This document shows positions 1-9,659 of a stretch of 64,000 nucleotides of DNA, one piece after another (position 1 is the first letter of the stretch; the number at the start of each line of letters is the position of its first letter). The notes under the pieces are model-generated. The model ran no database searches. It saw nothing but the letters and a program-made list of their open reading frames with translations, and was not told the DNA's origin. Location of the stretch: contig OZ242274.1 of the NCBI GenBank assembly GCA_965207375.1, positions 288,001 through 352,000 on the forward strand, read 5' to 3'. The DNA comes from Nitrosopumilaceae archaeon (GTDB lineage: Archaea; Thermoproteota; Nitrososphaeria; Nitrososphaerales; Nitrosopumilaceae). The position numbers and the translations under genes were made by a program.

Positions 1-1250
1 CTCAAAGACACAACTACATCTGAGATGGAACATCGTCTAAAGGCAGAGCACTCTGGCAAGTCACGTGAGCGACTACAGGCAGCACTGCTGCGTAGACAGG
101 GCCAAGACCTAGAATCTATACGTAAAATCCTAGGACGAGGTAAGGGCAGCATCTCAAGATGGCTCAACAGGATGCAAAAAGAAGGACCCGATGCGATACT
201 TGACGGTAAGAGTACAGGAAGACCCTGCAAGCTCTCAAAGGTGCAGCAGGAGGCAGTCAAGATATCTCTTGCCCAGGATCCAATGTGCAGCGGTTTTGAG
301 CGCTCAAACTGGACTGCCAGACTGCTTGGAGTACACATTGAGAACAATTATGGTACACAATACAGTGCATCAGGAGCTCTTGCACTTGCGTATGGCATGG
401 GCTATTCCATCCGGGTGCCTAGATCTGTACCATACAATACACCTGACAAGGAGACAATTGACAAATATGTAAAAAACACCATACAAGCAATTACGTCACA
501 TGCATCTGCAGATTATGCCATATATTGTTTGGATGCTGCAGGATTTGCAGACTCGCCGTTTTCTGCTCGCGGGATTCGTCCCATAGGTGGACATGAAACT
601 GTAAAGTCTAACTTTAAGACTGCTACCACAAAGGCAATAGGCGCACTCGGTCAAGACGGACTAGTCTTGGATTTTTATGACGACGTTGGATCTGATAGTG
701 TCATAGATTTACTTGAACAGATACGTAAAAAACACGGCAGAGTCTTTGTAATATGTGATAATGCAAGTGGCCACAAATCCAAAAAGATCAAAGAGTATTT
801 GGAAAAGGCATGCGGTGATGTTGTCCTGTGGTATCTTCCCCCGTACACTCCACAGCACAATCCAATAGAGATGATGTGGCGCGAGATCAAGCGGGCCATT
901 GCAGGAAGATACTTTGGCAGCTTTGAAAAGATGCATGATACCATAAAGCAGCTAGTACAAAGCGGTGAGGTGGCAACTGTAAAGCTGTTCAAATACATGC
1001 TTGATGCAATAAATCAGGCCAAAAACGTCCTTCAGACATCTGTAATCTGAAAAACATATCAGGATTTCAAGGGTATTGTCTTTTCAGGGCAACCTAAGCT
1101 CAAAACTGTACCAATATGCCAAAACATGCCACAACATGTTTGATTTTATGGATTTGTCGTATATTCTGTCATGATTTTGTATTTTACTGTGACTGAAATC
1201 CAATAGCACAGGCCACAGTCAGAAAGCGTTCCATTCTTTTTTGCGATTAC
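1..1250 (+). mobile_element. IS630 element (left end probably outside window), apparently inserted at a TA into the neighbouring IS5-like transposase
   Basis: Transposase ORF; the adjacent IS5-like ORF is cut off at ...gattac|TA (1250-1252) before its DDE domain is complete. Confidence 0.6.
25..1050 (+). CDS. IS630-family transposase
   Basis: N-terminal HTH/winged helix (WTARLL), DDE motifs YCLDAAGF, VICDNASGH, YLPPYTPQHNPIEMMW. Confidence 0.93.
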   Translation: MEHRLKAEHSGKSRERLQAALLRRQGQDLESIRKILGRGKGSISRWLNRMQKEGPDAILDGKSTGRPCKLSKVQQEAVKISLAQDPMCSGFERSNWTARLLGVHIENNYGTQYSASGALALAYGMGYSIRVPRSVPYNTPDKETIDKYVKNTIQAITSHASADYAIYCLDAAGFADSPFSARGIRPIGGHETVKSNFKTATTKAIGALGQDGLVLDFYDDVGSDSVIDLLEQIRKKHGRVFVICDNASGHKSKKIKEYLEKACGDVVLWYLPPYTPQHNPIEMMWREIKRAIAGRYFGSFEKMHDTIKQLVQSGEVATVKLFKYMLDAINQAKNVLQTSVI

Positions 1251-1780
1251 TACGTGTTAGTCGTATATTGTACCTTAGAGGTATGTTCTCCTGCCTTGCC
1301 CGAATAGTGAGACTTTTCCATGTCCTTGCGTCCTGGTCTTTGTATTTTCTGTTCTGAGGCATCAACAAGACATCTAAGACCTGGAAGAATCTCTTCTAAT
1401 TCCTCTATGGAGGAAATTCTCTTCATCTGGTCGTGTATCTTGGTAGGTATTGGAATGCATAGTTTTAGGATGGGCTCTATATGTGTAATAGAGCGCGATA
1501 CTGATGCTTGTCCTATTTCAAACATGACTGCTGCTACATCTTGTGTGGTGTATGTACGATAGTAAAACAAAAGTAGCATCACCTGGTCTCGTACATTTAA
1601 TGCGAATCTGCGGCCTGCACCTATTGCGCGCACTCTGTTTTCTCTAGAGAGCCTCTTTTTTTCTGCTCTTGGATACTTTTTTTCCACCTTAGATACCAAC
1701 AAATCAAATTCTTTGGCAGACATGCCTGTTACGGCACGAAATCTTCTGGGATTTTTTACCAGTTTTTCATAGGACATCAT
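1250..1780 (-). pseudogene. Truncated IS5-like (HTH_Tnp_4/DDE_Tnp_4) transposase
   Basis: FRAVTGMS..EF, R.RAIGAGR, LLLFYYRTY.TQ, CLVDASEQ.IQRP, YSGK; ends prematurely at the IS630 junction; terminal motif ctaattacgaatcacatct at about 1851-1869. Confidence 0.85.
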
Positions 1781-2030
1781 GAGTTGTGGTAGATTCGGGC
1801 GATATTTGGATCTTTTTGGTATTGCTAGGCGTGAAATTTAGGGAAATTTGCTAATTACGAATCACATCTCTAGGTGGACCTATTTTTCGTACAATAGAAT
1901 CATTCATCATGACATCTAGTATTCTGTCTCCTATAATATCTCGGATTAGATAGTACTTGATCTCTCTAAAATTTGACTAACCTGCCCCCTAGCATGGTAT
2001 CCATTATGGATTGGTATATTTCATGTAAGA

Positions 2031-2114
2031 ATAATTCCCTGGTAGGGAATTATCATGACACAAAGTATAATATTTATATATTTCATCAAGAATAATTTCC
2101 TAATAAGGAATTAT
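2031..2114. promoter_or_regulatory. Two 23-bp inverted-repeat operators upstream of abiEi
   Basis: ATAATTCCCT-ggt-AGGGAATTAT (2031-2053) and ATAATTTCCT-aat-AAGGAATTAT (2092-2114), each inside a ~54-bp direct repeat, with TATA-like tttatata between them. Confidence 0.75.
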
Positions 2115-2115
2115 C

Positions 2116-2928
2116 ATGACACAAAGTATACACCTAGGGCCTCAAGAAAACAGGCTTCTTCTTGCACTAGCAGAGAAAGAAATTAGCGTATTTAGTTTTG
2201 ATGAGGCAAAAGACATACTTCAAACCTCTAATCAATCGGTAAGGCATGTTCTCATGGATCTGACCAAAAAAGGCAGACTGCAACGAATCCAAAGGGGCAA
2301 GTATCTATTAGTTCCAGAAAAGGCAGGTAGGGAGCTATACTGGGCCGAATCGCCATGGGTTATTGTCCCGCATCTGATTGATGTCTATTATGTTGGATTT
2401 TGGACAGCTATGAATTACTGGGGAATGACAGAACAAATTCCTTACACCGTTTTTGTGGCAACAACAAAAAGGAAAAATAGTTTGAAATTTGGAAATCAAA
2501 AATTTGAATTTGTAACTCTATCAAAGAAAAAATTCTTTGGGTTTGTTGAGCAAAAAGCTAGTAAAACAGCGACCTTCAACATTTCTTCAAAAGAAAAAAC
2601 AATTGTTGATGGTTTAATACATCCCGAGTATTGTGGTGGGATACCTGAGGTTGCAAAGGCAATGTGGAATGCAAGAGATGATGTAAACTGGTCAACAGTA
2701 TTTGAGATGTCAAAGAGAGTTGGAGTAAGTGTAGTTTTGAGAAGGTTAGGATACCTTTTAAATATTTTAGAGATCGAACAAGGAATTGCACATGATCTAA
2801 AAAATATCTTCAAAGGATATCACTTTCTTGATCCTAACGCGACAAAAGAAAGACTGAGTTATTCTAAAGAATATGGGTTGATTATTAATAGGAGAAAGAA
2901 TCGCCTATTGGGTTGGAGGGAATATTGA
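2116..2928 (+). CDS. abiEi: Type IV TA antitoxin, AbiEi family transcriptional regulator
   Basis: wHTH N-terminus (L.KKGRLQRIQRGKYLLVP), YYVGFWTAMNYWGMTEQIP, SSKEKTIVD, RRLGYLL. Confidence 0.88.
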   Translation: MTQSIHLGPQENRLLLALAEKEISVFSFDEAKDILQTSNQSVRHVLMDLTKKGRLQRIQRGKYLLVPEKAGRELYWAESPWVIVPHLIDVYYVGFWTAMNYWGMTEQIPYTVFVATTKRKNSLKFGNQKFEFVTLSKKKFFGFVEQKASKTATFNISSKEKTIVDGLIHPEYCGGIPEVAKAMWNARDDVNWSTVFEMSKRVGVSVVLRRLGYLLNILEIEQGIAHDLKNIFKGYHFLDPNATKERLSYSKEYGLIINRRKNRLLGWREY

Positions 2929-3686
2929 TGGATGATAAGATGATACAAAAATTAGCTGCAAAAGAAAAAGTTCCAATTGGAACAATCGAAAAAGATTATG
3001 CAGTTACAAGTATTCTTTCTGTAATCTCACAATTTCTAAAGATTGACAAAATAGTGTTCAAAGGAGGTACTGCACTAAAAAAAATTCATTTTAATGATTT
3101 CAGATTTTCAGAAGACATCGACTTTACATGTTTAGACGATGTGTCCGAGGAATTGTATTCACTACTAGACCACAAAAAAGACAGTCTTGATTTTACTATA
3201 ACAGATATTAAAAAAGAGACTACGGTAGGAAACAGCAAAAAGTTTACGGTAAAATACAACGGATTTAAGAATTATCCAAACAATGTAAGGGTTGACTTGA
3301 GTCTAAGAGAAAAAGTACAAAATGAATCTCGTAATCTCAATGTCTTGCACAATTACAATGCAATTCCAACTTTCAGTATTCCATCAATGACCATAGAAGA
3401 GATAATGGCAGAAAAGGTTAGAGCGGTAATTTATTCTGGTGCTCCTCGACATCTTTATGATTTGAATTATATTTTTGATAAACAAATATCATTAAATCCT
3501 GACCTAGTCAGAACTAAAATCAGTCTTTATGGTGAAGATTTTGACATTGAGAAGTTCGGCAAAAGCATAGAAGCGATGGAAAAAGAGTGGATTAAAGATT
3601 TGAGTCCATTGCTACCTCAAGATCCGCCTTCATTTAACGCAATCTCTAGTAATGTTTTACAAAAAATATCAGAGATAATGAAATAG
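2928..3686 (+). CDS. abiEii: Type IV TA toxin, AbiEii nucleotidyltransferase
   Basis: IEKDY, VFKGGTALKK, RFSEDIDF, AEKVRA, RHLYDL; ATG overlaps the abiEi stop (TGATG). Confidence 0.9.
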   Translation: MDDKMIQKLAAKEKVPIGTIEKDYAVTSILSVISQFLKIDKIVFKGGTALKKIHFNDFRFSEDIDFTCLDDVSEELYSLLDHKKDSLDFTITDIKKETTVGNSKKFTVKYNGFKNYPNNVRVDLSLREKVQNESRNLNVLHNYNAIPTFSIPSMTIEEIMAEKVRAVIYSGAPRHLYDLNYIFDKQISLNPDLVRTKISLYGEDFDIEKFGKSIEAMEKEWIKDLSPLLPQDPPSFNAISSNVLQKISEIMK

Positions 3687-3707
3687 TATCAAGGTTCTGT
3701 AAAGATT

Positions 3708-4010
3708 GTAAGTGTTAACGTCGTTTTTACGTCTCTAGAGGTATTTTACCATCTGTACCAGATAATTTAGTCTGGCATTTCTCCACGATACCACACATGA
3801 AAACAGATTACCCAATGTCTCCATGCTTTTCTCAGATCTGATTCTGCCACGTACCTTTCTGTGTACAACAATCTCACGCAGTGCACGTTCTGCTGTATTG
3901 TTGGTAGGGAGGTATGGTAGGATCCAGCACAAACCTGAACAGGTTTGGCAGGGCTCGTCCCAGCTTTCCCATGAATCTTTTGAGATTGTACAGTGGAGTG
4001 TATGTATCAA
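3708..4010 (-). pseudogene. IS66-family transposase C-terminal remnant with terminal repeat
   Basis: PTNNTAERALREIVVHRKVRG.IRSEKSM, homologous to the C-terminus of 48671-49936; end motif gtaagtgttaac at 3708. Confidence 0.85.
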
Positions 4011-4199
4011 TAATCCTCTTTACACGACGATACAGATTGCGCCGTATTTTTTTGCGCTGTTTATACGAGATACGTGCAGTTATGGTATAGAGGTGCGCAT
4101 AAATTCCTACACCGTAATTCTACACCAGACTCCCATATCACATGAAAATAATGAGAAATCATGTCTGATTTTTTTAAAACTGTACAAAAAAACACAAGG

Positions 4200-4587
4200 C
4201 AAAAAAATATCTGCAAGAACAGTAAAAGATCTGATCGATTTAATCCAAACATGACTGCTACATCCTGTATTGCATACGTACGGTAATAAAACAAAAACAG
4301 TATCACCTAGTTTCGTACTAGTACGAATCTTCGTCCTGCACCTAGTGCACACACTTTGTCTTTTCTAGAGTTTCTTTTTTTCAACTCTTGGATACTTTTT
4401 CCACCTCAAATACTAACAAATCAAATTCTTTGGTAGACATGCCTGTTACGGCTCGAAATCTTTTGGTGTTTTTTACTAGTTCTTTCTAGGACATCATGAG
4501 TTGTAGTAAAATTTGATGATATTTGGATCTTTTTGGTATTGTTAGGCGTGAAATTTAGGGGAATTGGCTAATTACGAATCAACTCTT
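4200..4587 (-). pseudogene. Degenerate second copy of the IS5-like element at 1250-1870
   Basis: DNA near-identical to 1520-1865 (gacatgcctgttacgg, gatatttggatctttttggtattg.taggcgtgaaatttaggg, ctaattacgaatca) with frameshifts. Confidence 0.85.
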
Positions 4588-4626
4588 TGTTATTCTTTGA
4601 ATCCGTTTCAAGTCACTAAAATGAAA

Positions 4627-4700
4627 TGGACCGGAAGGGATTTGAACCCTTGATCCGATGCATGCCATGCACCTATCCTACCAGGCTAGACGACCGGCCC
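4627..4700 (-). tRNA. tRNA-Ala(GGC)
   Basis: Reverse complement folds to a cloverleaf GGGCCGG...CCGGTCC-A with G3:U70, loop AT-GGC-AT and T-loop TTCAAAT. Confidence 0.95.
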
Positions 4701-4788
4701 AAATCAGAATAAACTGACTGATATATTCTTTCAAGATTGGTTATTAACGTTTAGCGCTTTGATCAAAGATTTGCAAAATAATTAAAAG

Positions 4789-4889
4789 GTATCTGTTAAC
4801 GTTGTTTTGCATTTATGGTAATTTTAGACACAAAATTACTTTGTTATCAAAAAATAGAACAAAAATCTAGACATGATGTTAACATTTAC
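4789..4889 (+). mobile_element. 101-bp IS66-type MITE, copy 1
   Basis: Ends gtatctgttaac...gttaacatttac; near-identical to 31364-31464. Confidence 0.8.
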
Positions 4890-4927
4890 AACATAAGATA
4901 TTTAACCATTCAAAACTTGGTTAACAA

Positions 4928-5773
4928 GTGGTAGTAGACAACAAGGCAACCATTACATACATTCAAACCTTGAAAGAAGATTTGAGCATATTTAGAATAG
5001 TTCCAAAGGAAGGTGGGATTCCAGATTTTCGTGCAGGCCAATTTATCACATTAGGATTGCCAAATCCCGAAGAAGACAATAAAATCGTAAGAAGGGCATA
5101 TTCCATTGCATCTCATCCAGAAAATAAACAATACATAGAATTAGTAATCAGGTGGGTGAGAAAACCGCTTCCGGGCAGATTTACCACCCAATTATTCAAT
5201 GCAAAAGAAGGAGATGAGATTAGCTGGTTAAAACCCTCAGGATTGGCTTTGGACATAAACGAAAAACTTCCGGATGGATCAAAGGATGAAAGAAGAATTG
5301 TCTGCATTGGAGGAGGAACAGGACTGGCTCCATTTGTCAGCTATGCGCAACACCTTCATGATATCGGAGATAAAAGAGAGATTGTCGTACTTCACGGTGC
5401 AAGTTATGTAGATGAATTATCTTACAAGGGATTGTTAAGTGATTTGGAGATAGAAAGTATCGACAAGGGCACAGACAAGTGGAATTTCAAGTACAGGGCA
5501 GCAATCAGTAGACCACAAGAATGGTTCAATAGATCATGGTCAGGACAGGTGGGAAGAGTCGAGACGTTTCTTAGACCACGAGATAACGGCAAATCTCCAT
5601 TAGAAGAGTTGGTGGGAGAACCAATTACCAAAGACAATACGATATTTTACATCTGTGGGTGGCAGGGAACCATTGATGGTGCAATGGACTTTTTAAAGCC
5701 AAAAGGCTTTGTGACACAACGAGACAAACGACAAGACGGAAGCTTTGAAGTCAAATACGAATCATACGGCTAG
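4928..5773 (+). CDS. fpr: Ferredoxin-NADP(+) reductase family oxidoreductase
   Basis: RRAYSIAS, GGGTGLAPF, YICGW, C-terminal ESYG. Confidence 0.88.
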   Translation: MVVDNKATITYIQTLKEDLSIFRIVPKEGGIPDFRAGQFITLGLPNPEEDNKIVRRAYSIASHPENKQYIELVIRWVRKPLPGRFTTQLFNAKEGDEISWLKPSGLALDINEKLPDGSKDERRIVCIGGGTGLAPFVSYAQHLHDIGDKREIVVLHGASYVDELSYKGLLSDLEIESIDKGTDKWNFKYRAAISRPQEWFNRSWSGQVGRVETFLRPRDNGKSPLEELVGEPITKDNTIFYICGWQGTIDGAMDFLKPKGFVTQRDKRQDGSFEVKYESYG

Positions 5774-5837
5774 ACATGTACAACTGCGATGCTGTTGACT
5801 CTATAATTGAAATAGAACCAGAAAAAAGAAAATTTAA

Positions 5838-6434
5838 TTGACAACTGCACTTTATCTAGCTCATCTTAATCCGGTAACAAAGGCACATGTAGAAATAATT
5901 AGAGAACTACAATCTATGGCACAAAAAGTCAAGGTTATGCCTGTAGTCTTCAAAGAGGCAGATAAGGAAATCAACAGTAAAAGCTTTCCATTTACCTATG
6001 AAAACAGAAAAGAAATGATCAAAGCAGAATTTGCCAATGAAATAGAGGTCACAGATGATTATACATTTTTTGCACCGTTTAGAAAATATACGCCTCCACT
6101 AATTGCACCAAAATCTTGGAAGTTACGAAAACAAATACTCTGTGGGGTCAAAGGGGATTATTTTACATATACTGGGGACAGAGCCGAGGGGCTAATGTTA
6201 AAAATTTACAGACTTCGACCAAAAATCGGCACAAGAAAATCATTATCTGCTACATCCGTAAAAGAAAAACTCTACAGGTCCGCCGTTGGCATGGAATCTG
6301 ATTGGCAAAACGATGTTTCAGAAAATGTCGCAAAGGTTATTGTACAACATTGGGATGTGGTGAAAAAATTCTCTAGTATAGAAGACAAAACTACAAGAGT
6401 TTTAGGTATGAAATTTCCCAAAGAGGGCTATTAA
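5838..6434 (+). CDS. Cytidylyltransferase-like (HIGH-superfamily) nucleotidyltransferase
   Basis: HLNPVTKAH, PF.YE.R.EMI, LSATSVKE. Confidence 0.65.
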   Translation: MTTALYLAHLNPVTKAHVEIIRELQSMAQKVKVMPVVFKEADKEINSKSFPFTYENRKEMIKAEFANEIEVTDDYTFFAPFRKYTPPLIAPKSWKLRKQILCGVKGDYFTYTGDRAEGLMLKIYRLRPKIGTRKSLSATSVKEKLYRSAVGMESDWQNDVSENVAKVIVQHWDVVKKFSSIEDKTTRVLGMKFPKEGY

Positions 6435-6471
6435 CACATAGATTAATTATAATTGGATTTACAGTGTTTTT

Positions 6472-7389
6472 ATGAAATTACCGCTATCAAAATATCTGTG
6501 GCTTGATGGAAAGTTTGTCACACAAGACCAGGCCAAGGTCCCAATTACAACACACGCAATACATTATGGAACATCCGTATTTGAGGGAATCAGAGCATAT
6601 GGTAATTCAAAGAACCTGTTTATTTTCAGATTAAAAGACCACATTAGGCGATTCAGAAGGTCAGGAGAGTTTTATGACATGTCATTGAACTATTCTGATG
6701 AACAGATAAAATGTGCCATAATTGACCTATGCAAGAAAAACAAGTTAAAAAAATCCACATACATTAGACCATTTTATTTTGTAGGGCAATACGGAATCAA
6801 TCTGCACGTTACAAAAAAGGCGCCAACACACTTGGGAATTTTTGCATTTCCATTTGGAGACCTGTTTAACAAAAATGGAATAACAGTAGGAGTTTCATCA
6901 TGGAGAAAATTTTCAGACGCCTCTACTCCACCCCAGGCAAAAATGGGAGGAAATTATCTAAATTCCATAATAGCCACACAGGAAGCAAAACGTAATGGAT
7001 ATGATGAGGCGCTTTTGCTAGATCATAACGGCAATGTGTCTGAGGCGCCAGGTGAGAATATTTTCATCGTACGAGACGAGCATCTAATTACTCCTCCCCT
7101 TGGCTCATCTGCACTAGATGGGTTGACACGGAATGCAATAATTGAGATTGCACAAGATTTTGATATTCCAATTGTCGAGCGGGAAATACCTAGAAGCGAA
7201 TTACATACAGCAGACGAGATATTTCTCTCAGGAACAGCTGCTGAAATTACGCCTGTAAAATCCATAGACGGCAAAAAAATTGCAGGTGGCACAGTCGGGA
7301 AAATAACAAAAAAGTTGATGCATCAGTATGATGATATCGTAATGAATAGAAACAATAACTACTCAAAATGGATTACCTTGGTGTACTAG
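6472..7389 (+). CDS. ilvE: Branched-chain amino acid aminotransferase
   Basis: HYGTSVFEGIRAY, AKMGGNYLNS, E..GENIF, LDGLTR, GTAAEITPV. Confidence 0.95.
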   Translation: MKLPLSKYLWLDGKFVTQDQAKVPITTHAIHYGTSVFEGIRAYGNSKNLFIFRLKDHIRRFRRSGEFYDMSLNYSDEQIKCAIIDLCKKNKLKKSTYIRPFYFVGQYGINLHVTKKAPTHLGIFAFPFGDLFNKNGITVGVSSWRKFSDASTPPQAKMGGNYLNSIIATQEAKRNGYDEALLLDHNGNVSEAPGENIFIVRDEHLITPPLGSSALDGLTRNAIIEIAQDFDIPIVEREIPRSELHTADEIFLSGTAAEITPVKSIDGKKIAGGTVGKITKKLMHQYDDIVMNRNNNYSKWITLVY

Positions 7390-8325
7390 ATGAAAATAGC
7401 ACAAATAGGAACCGGAGGATGGGGCAAGAACCACACCAGAATTCTCTCTCAGCTAAATGTGTTGTGTGCAGTCTGTGATACAGATAAGGAAAAAAGCACA
7501 CAATATTCCCAAAAATATTCGGTACACGGGTACAATTCCGTAGATGACTTGTTGGCAAACGAAGAGTTTGACGGTGTTTTTGTATGTACTCCAACATCTA
7601 CCCACGCACAAATTACTGCACAGTTACTTGAAGCAAAAAAACATGTTTTTGTTGAAAAGCCATTGACATATGACTCTGGTGATGGTGAGAAATTACACAA
7701 ATTAGCGATTAAAAACAAGGTACTGCTGACCTCAGGATACATTGAGCGATTCAATCCTGCAGTGGATATTGTAAAGGATTTTGTAGAGTCAAAAAAATAC
7801 GGCGACTTGGTAATGTTGGAATTTCACAGGGAAAACAGAATGCCGTTACACATCAAAGACGTTGGAATAATCTATGACACATCAGTACATGATATTGATA
7901 CTGCAATGTGGCTCTTTGATGAGACGCCAAATGTGGTATTTGCAAGAGCAGGACAAATCAAACACGACCATGAAGATTTTGCCTCAATTATGTTGGGCTT
8001 TGAGAATAACAGGGTAGCAATAATTTCATCAAACTGGATAACTCCTACAAAGGTAAGAAAATTCAATGCCGTATGTACGGATGCTATAATTTCATCGGAT
8101 TTTATCACACAGGAAATCAAGGTTGAAAAAAACGAGGATACAGAAATTCCAAGAAATACAAAAAAGGAACCACTTTTACTGGAAATTCAAAACTTTATTG
8201 ATGCCGTCGGCGGCAATTCTGAATTAAGGGTAAAGCCTGAGCAGGCAGTAAATGTGACCAAAATTGCAGAGGCAGCACTTTTATCAAGTAAGAAAGGTGC
8301 ACCAATTTATCTAGAGTTAAAATGA
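7390..8325 (+). CDS. Gfo/Idh/MocA oxidoreductase (WbpB-like sugar dehydrogenase)
   Basis: IGTGGWG, EKPL, GYIERFNPAV, D.SVHDID. Confidence 0.88.
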   Translation: MKIAQIGTGGWGKNHTRILSQLNVLCAVCDTDKEKSTQYSQKYSVHGYNSVDDLLANEEFDGVFVCTPTSTHAQITAQLLEAKKHVFVEKPLTYDSGDGEKLHKLAIKNKVLLTSGYIERFNPAVDIVKDFVESKKYGDLVMLEFHRENRMPLHIKDVGIIYDTSVHDIDTAMWLFDETPNVVFARAGQIKHDHEDFASIMLGFENNRVAIISSNWITPTKVRKFNAVCTDAIISSDFITQEIKVEKNEDTEIPRNTKKEPLLLEIQNFIDAVGGNSELRVKPEQAVNVTKIAEAALLSSKKGAPIYLELK

Positions 8326-8591
8326 ACAAGAAACTGTTAGACATACTTGCATGTCCACTTGACAAAACTCATCCATTGGAATTGTATCAGTGTAACACAA
8401 AAGGTGATGTTATAGTAGAGGGGGCTCTGTACTGTGTTAAATGCATGCGATTTTTCCCAATTATAGAGGAGATTCCAATCATGTTGCCCGACGATCTCAG
8501 GGATAAAAATCATGAAATAGAATTTCTTGGAAAAAACAAAGAAAAATTACCCGAAAAAATAATTAAACAAGGACAACCATGGCATTTGTGA
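8322..8591 (+). CDS. trm112: Trm112-family protein
   Basis: LLDILACP.DK...GALYC..C.RFFPI.EEIPIMLPD. Confidence 0.88.
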   Translation: MNKKLLDILACPLDKTHPLELYQCNTKGDVIVEGALYCVKCMRFFPIIEEIPIMLPDDLRDKNHEIEFLGKNKEKLPEKIIKQGQPWHL

Positions 8592-8595
8592 TACC

Positions 8596-9072
8596 TTGGT
8601 AACAAACTACATTTCAGAAAAGGCAAAGATAGGCAGCAATGTGAAAATATGGCATTTTAGCTATATTGGAGACAATTCGGAGATAGGAGACAATGTAATG
8701 ATTGGCTCACTAGCACACATAGATCGTGATGTGAAAATTGGAGAAAATTCCAGAATTGAGGCAATGGTTTACCTTCCGCCGTTGACACGCATTGGAAAAA
8801 ACGTCTTTCTGGGTCCAAATGCAACAGTAACAAATGATCCGTATCCTATGTGCAATAAAATGGTAGGAGTTACAATTGAGGATGGTGCAGTAATTGGTGC
8901 AAAGGCTGTACTAAAGGCCGGAATAACTGTTGGCAAAGACAGCGTTGTTGCAATGGGGGCAATAGTCACAAAGGACGTACCAGAGGGCACAGTTGTCAAG
9001 GGAGTTCCTGCAAAGGTGGTCTATACCAGAGCAGAGTATGACAAAAAAAAATTCGCATGGCAGAATTCGTAA
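8596..9072 (+). CDS. Hexapeptide-repeat N-acetyltransferase (WbpD-like)
   Basis: Left-handed beta-helix repeats, KIWHF, TNDPYP, VTKDVP..GVPAK. Confidence 0.85.
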   Translation: MVTNYISEKAKIGSNVKIWHFSYIGDNSEIGDNVMIGSLAHIDRDVKIGENSRIEAMVYLPPLTRIGKNVFLGPNATVTNDPYPMCNKMVGVTIEDGAVIGAKAVLKAGITVGKDSVVAMGAIVTKDVPEGTVVKGVPAKVVYTRAEYDKKKFAWQNS

Positions 9073-9210
9073 TTATATCAGTTTTTCAGGCCGTAATGCT
9101 AGAGTCTATTTGATCCTGTGTGCGAGTCTGATAATTTAGTTTCTGTAAAAAGGACGCAGATAAATGGGATTTGTATGATCTTCATTTTGATTTATTGTCA
9201 AAAATGGTGG

Positions 9211-9656
9211 TCATCTTTTGGGAACAGCCCATACGGCGTTTCCTAAGACAACTAGTTTTTTGCAAAGCTTCAAGTTTTTCCAGCGTTTTGGCAATATTTT
9301 CTCTTGGTAAAAGATCAATGCCGTGCCAAAAAAGATGAAATCAAATTTTTCTAGATTGAATTTTTCTACATCGCGTATGTCTCCGTGAATTATGATATAG
9401 ATGTCAGTATTAGAAAATTTTGTCTTTAGAAATGTTACATTTTCTGAAAATATTTCCAAGATTGTAATGTTTGAAAATTTCTTTTTCTCAAAAATATCAA
9501 AAGTGCTAGGCATCTTTTATTTGCCCCGACATAAAGAACGCTTTTAAAATCTGATGAAAAAAGTTGGGGAATCCATTGGTCTGTCAGTCTTTCACGCTCA
9601 ATCTGAAGATTGTTTTTATCCCTGATAATGATTGATTCTGAGGCGTCTAAAAACAT
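9211..9656 (-). pseudogene. Frameshifted SAM-methyltransferase-like gene
   Basis: Two overlapping ORFs: SVLYVGANKR, then ITILEIF..N / IHGDIRDV..FDFIFF. Confidence 0.55.
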
Positions 9657-9659
9657 ATC

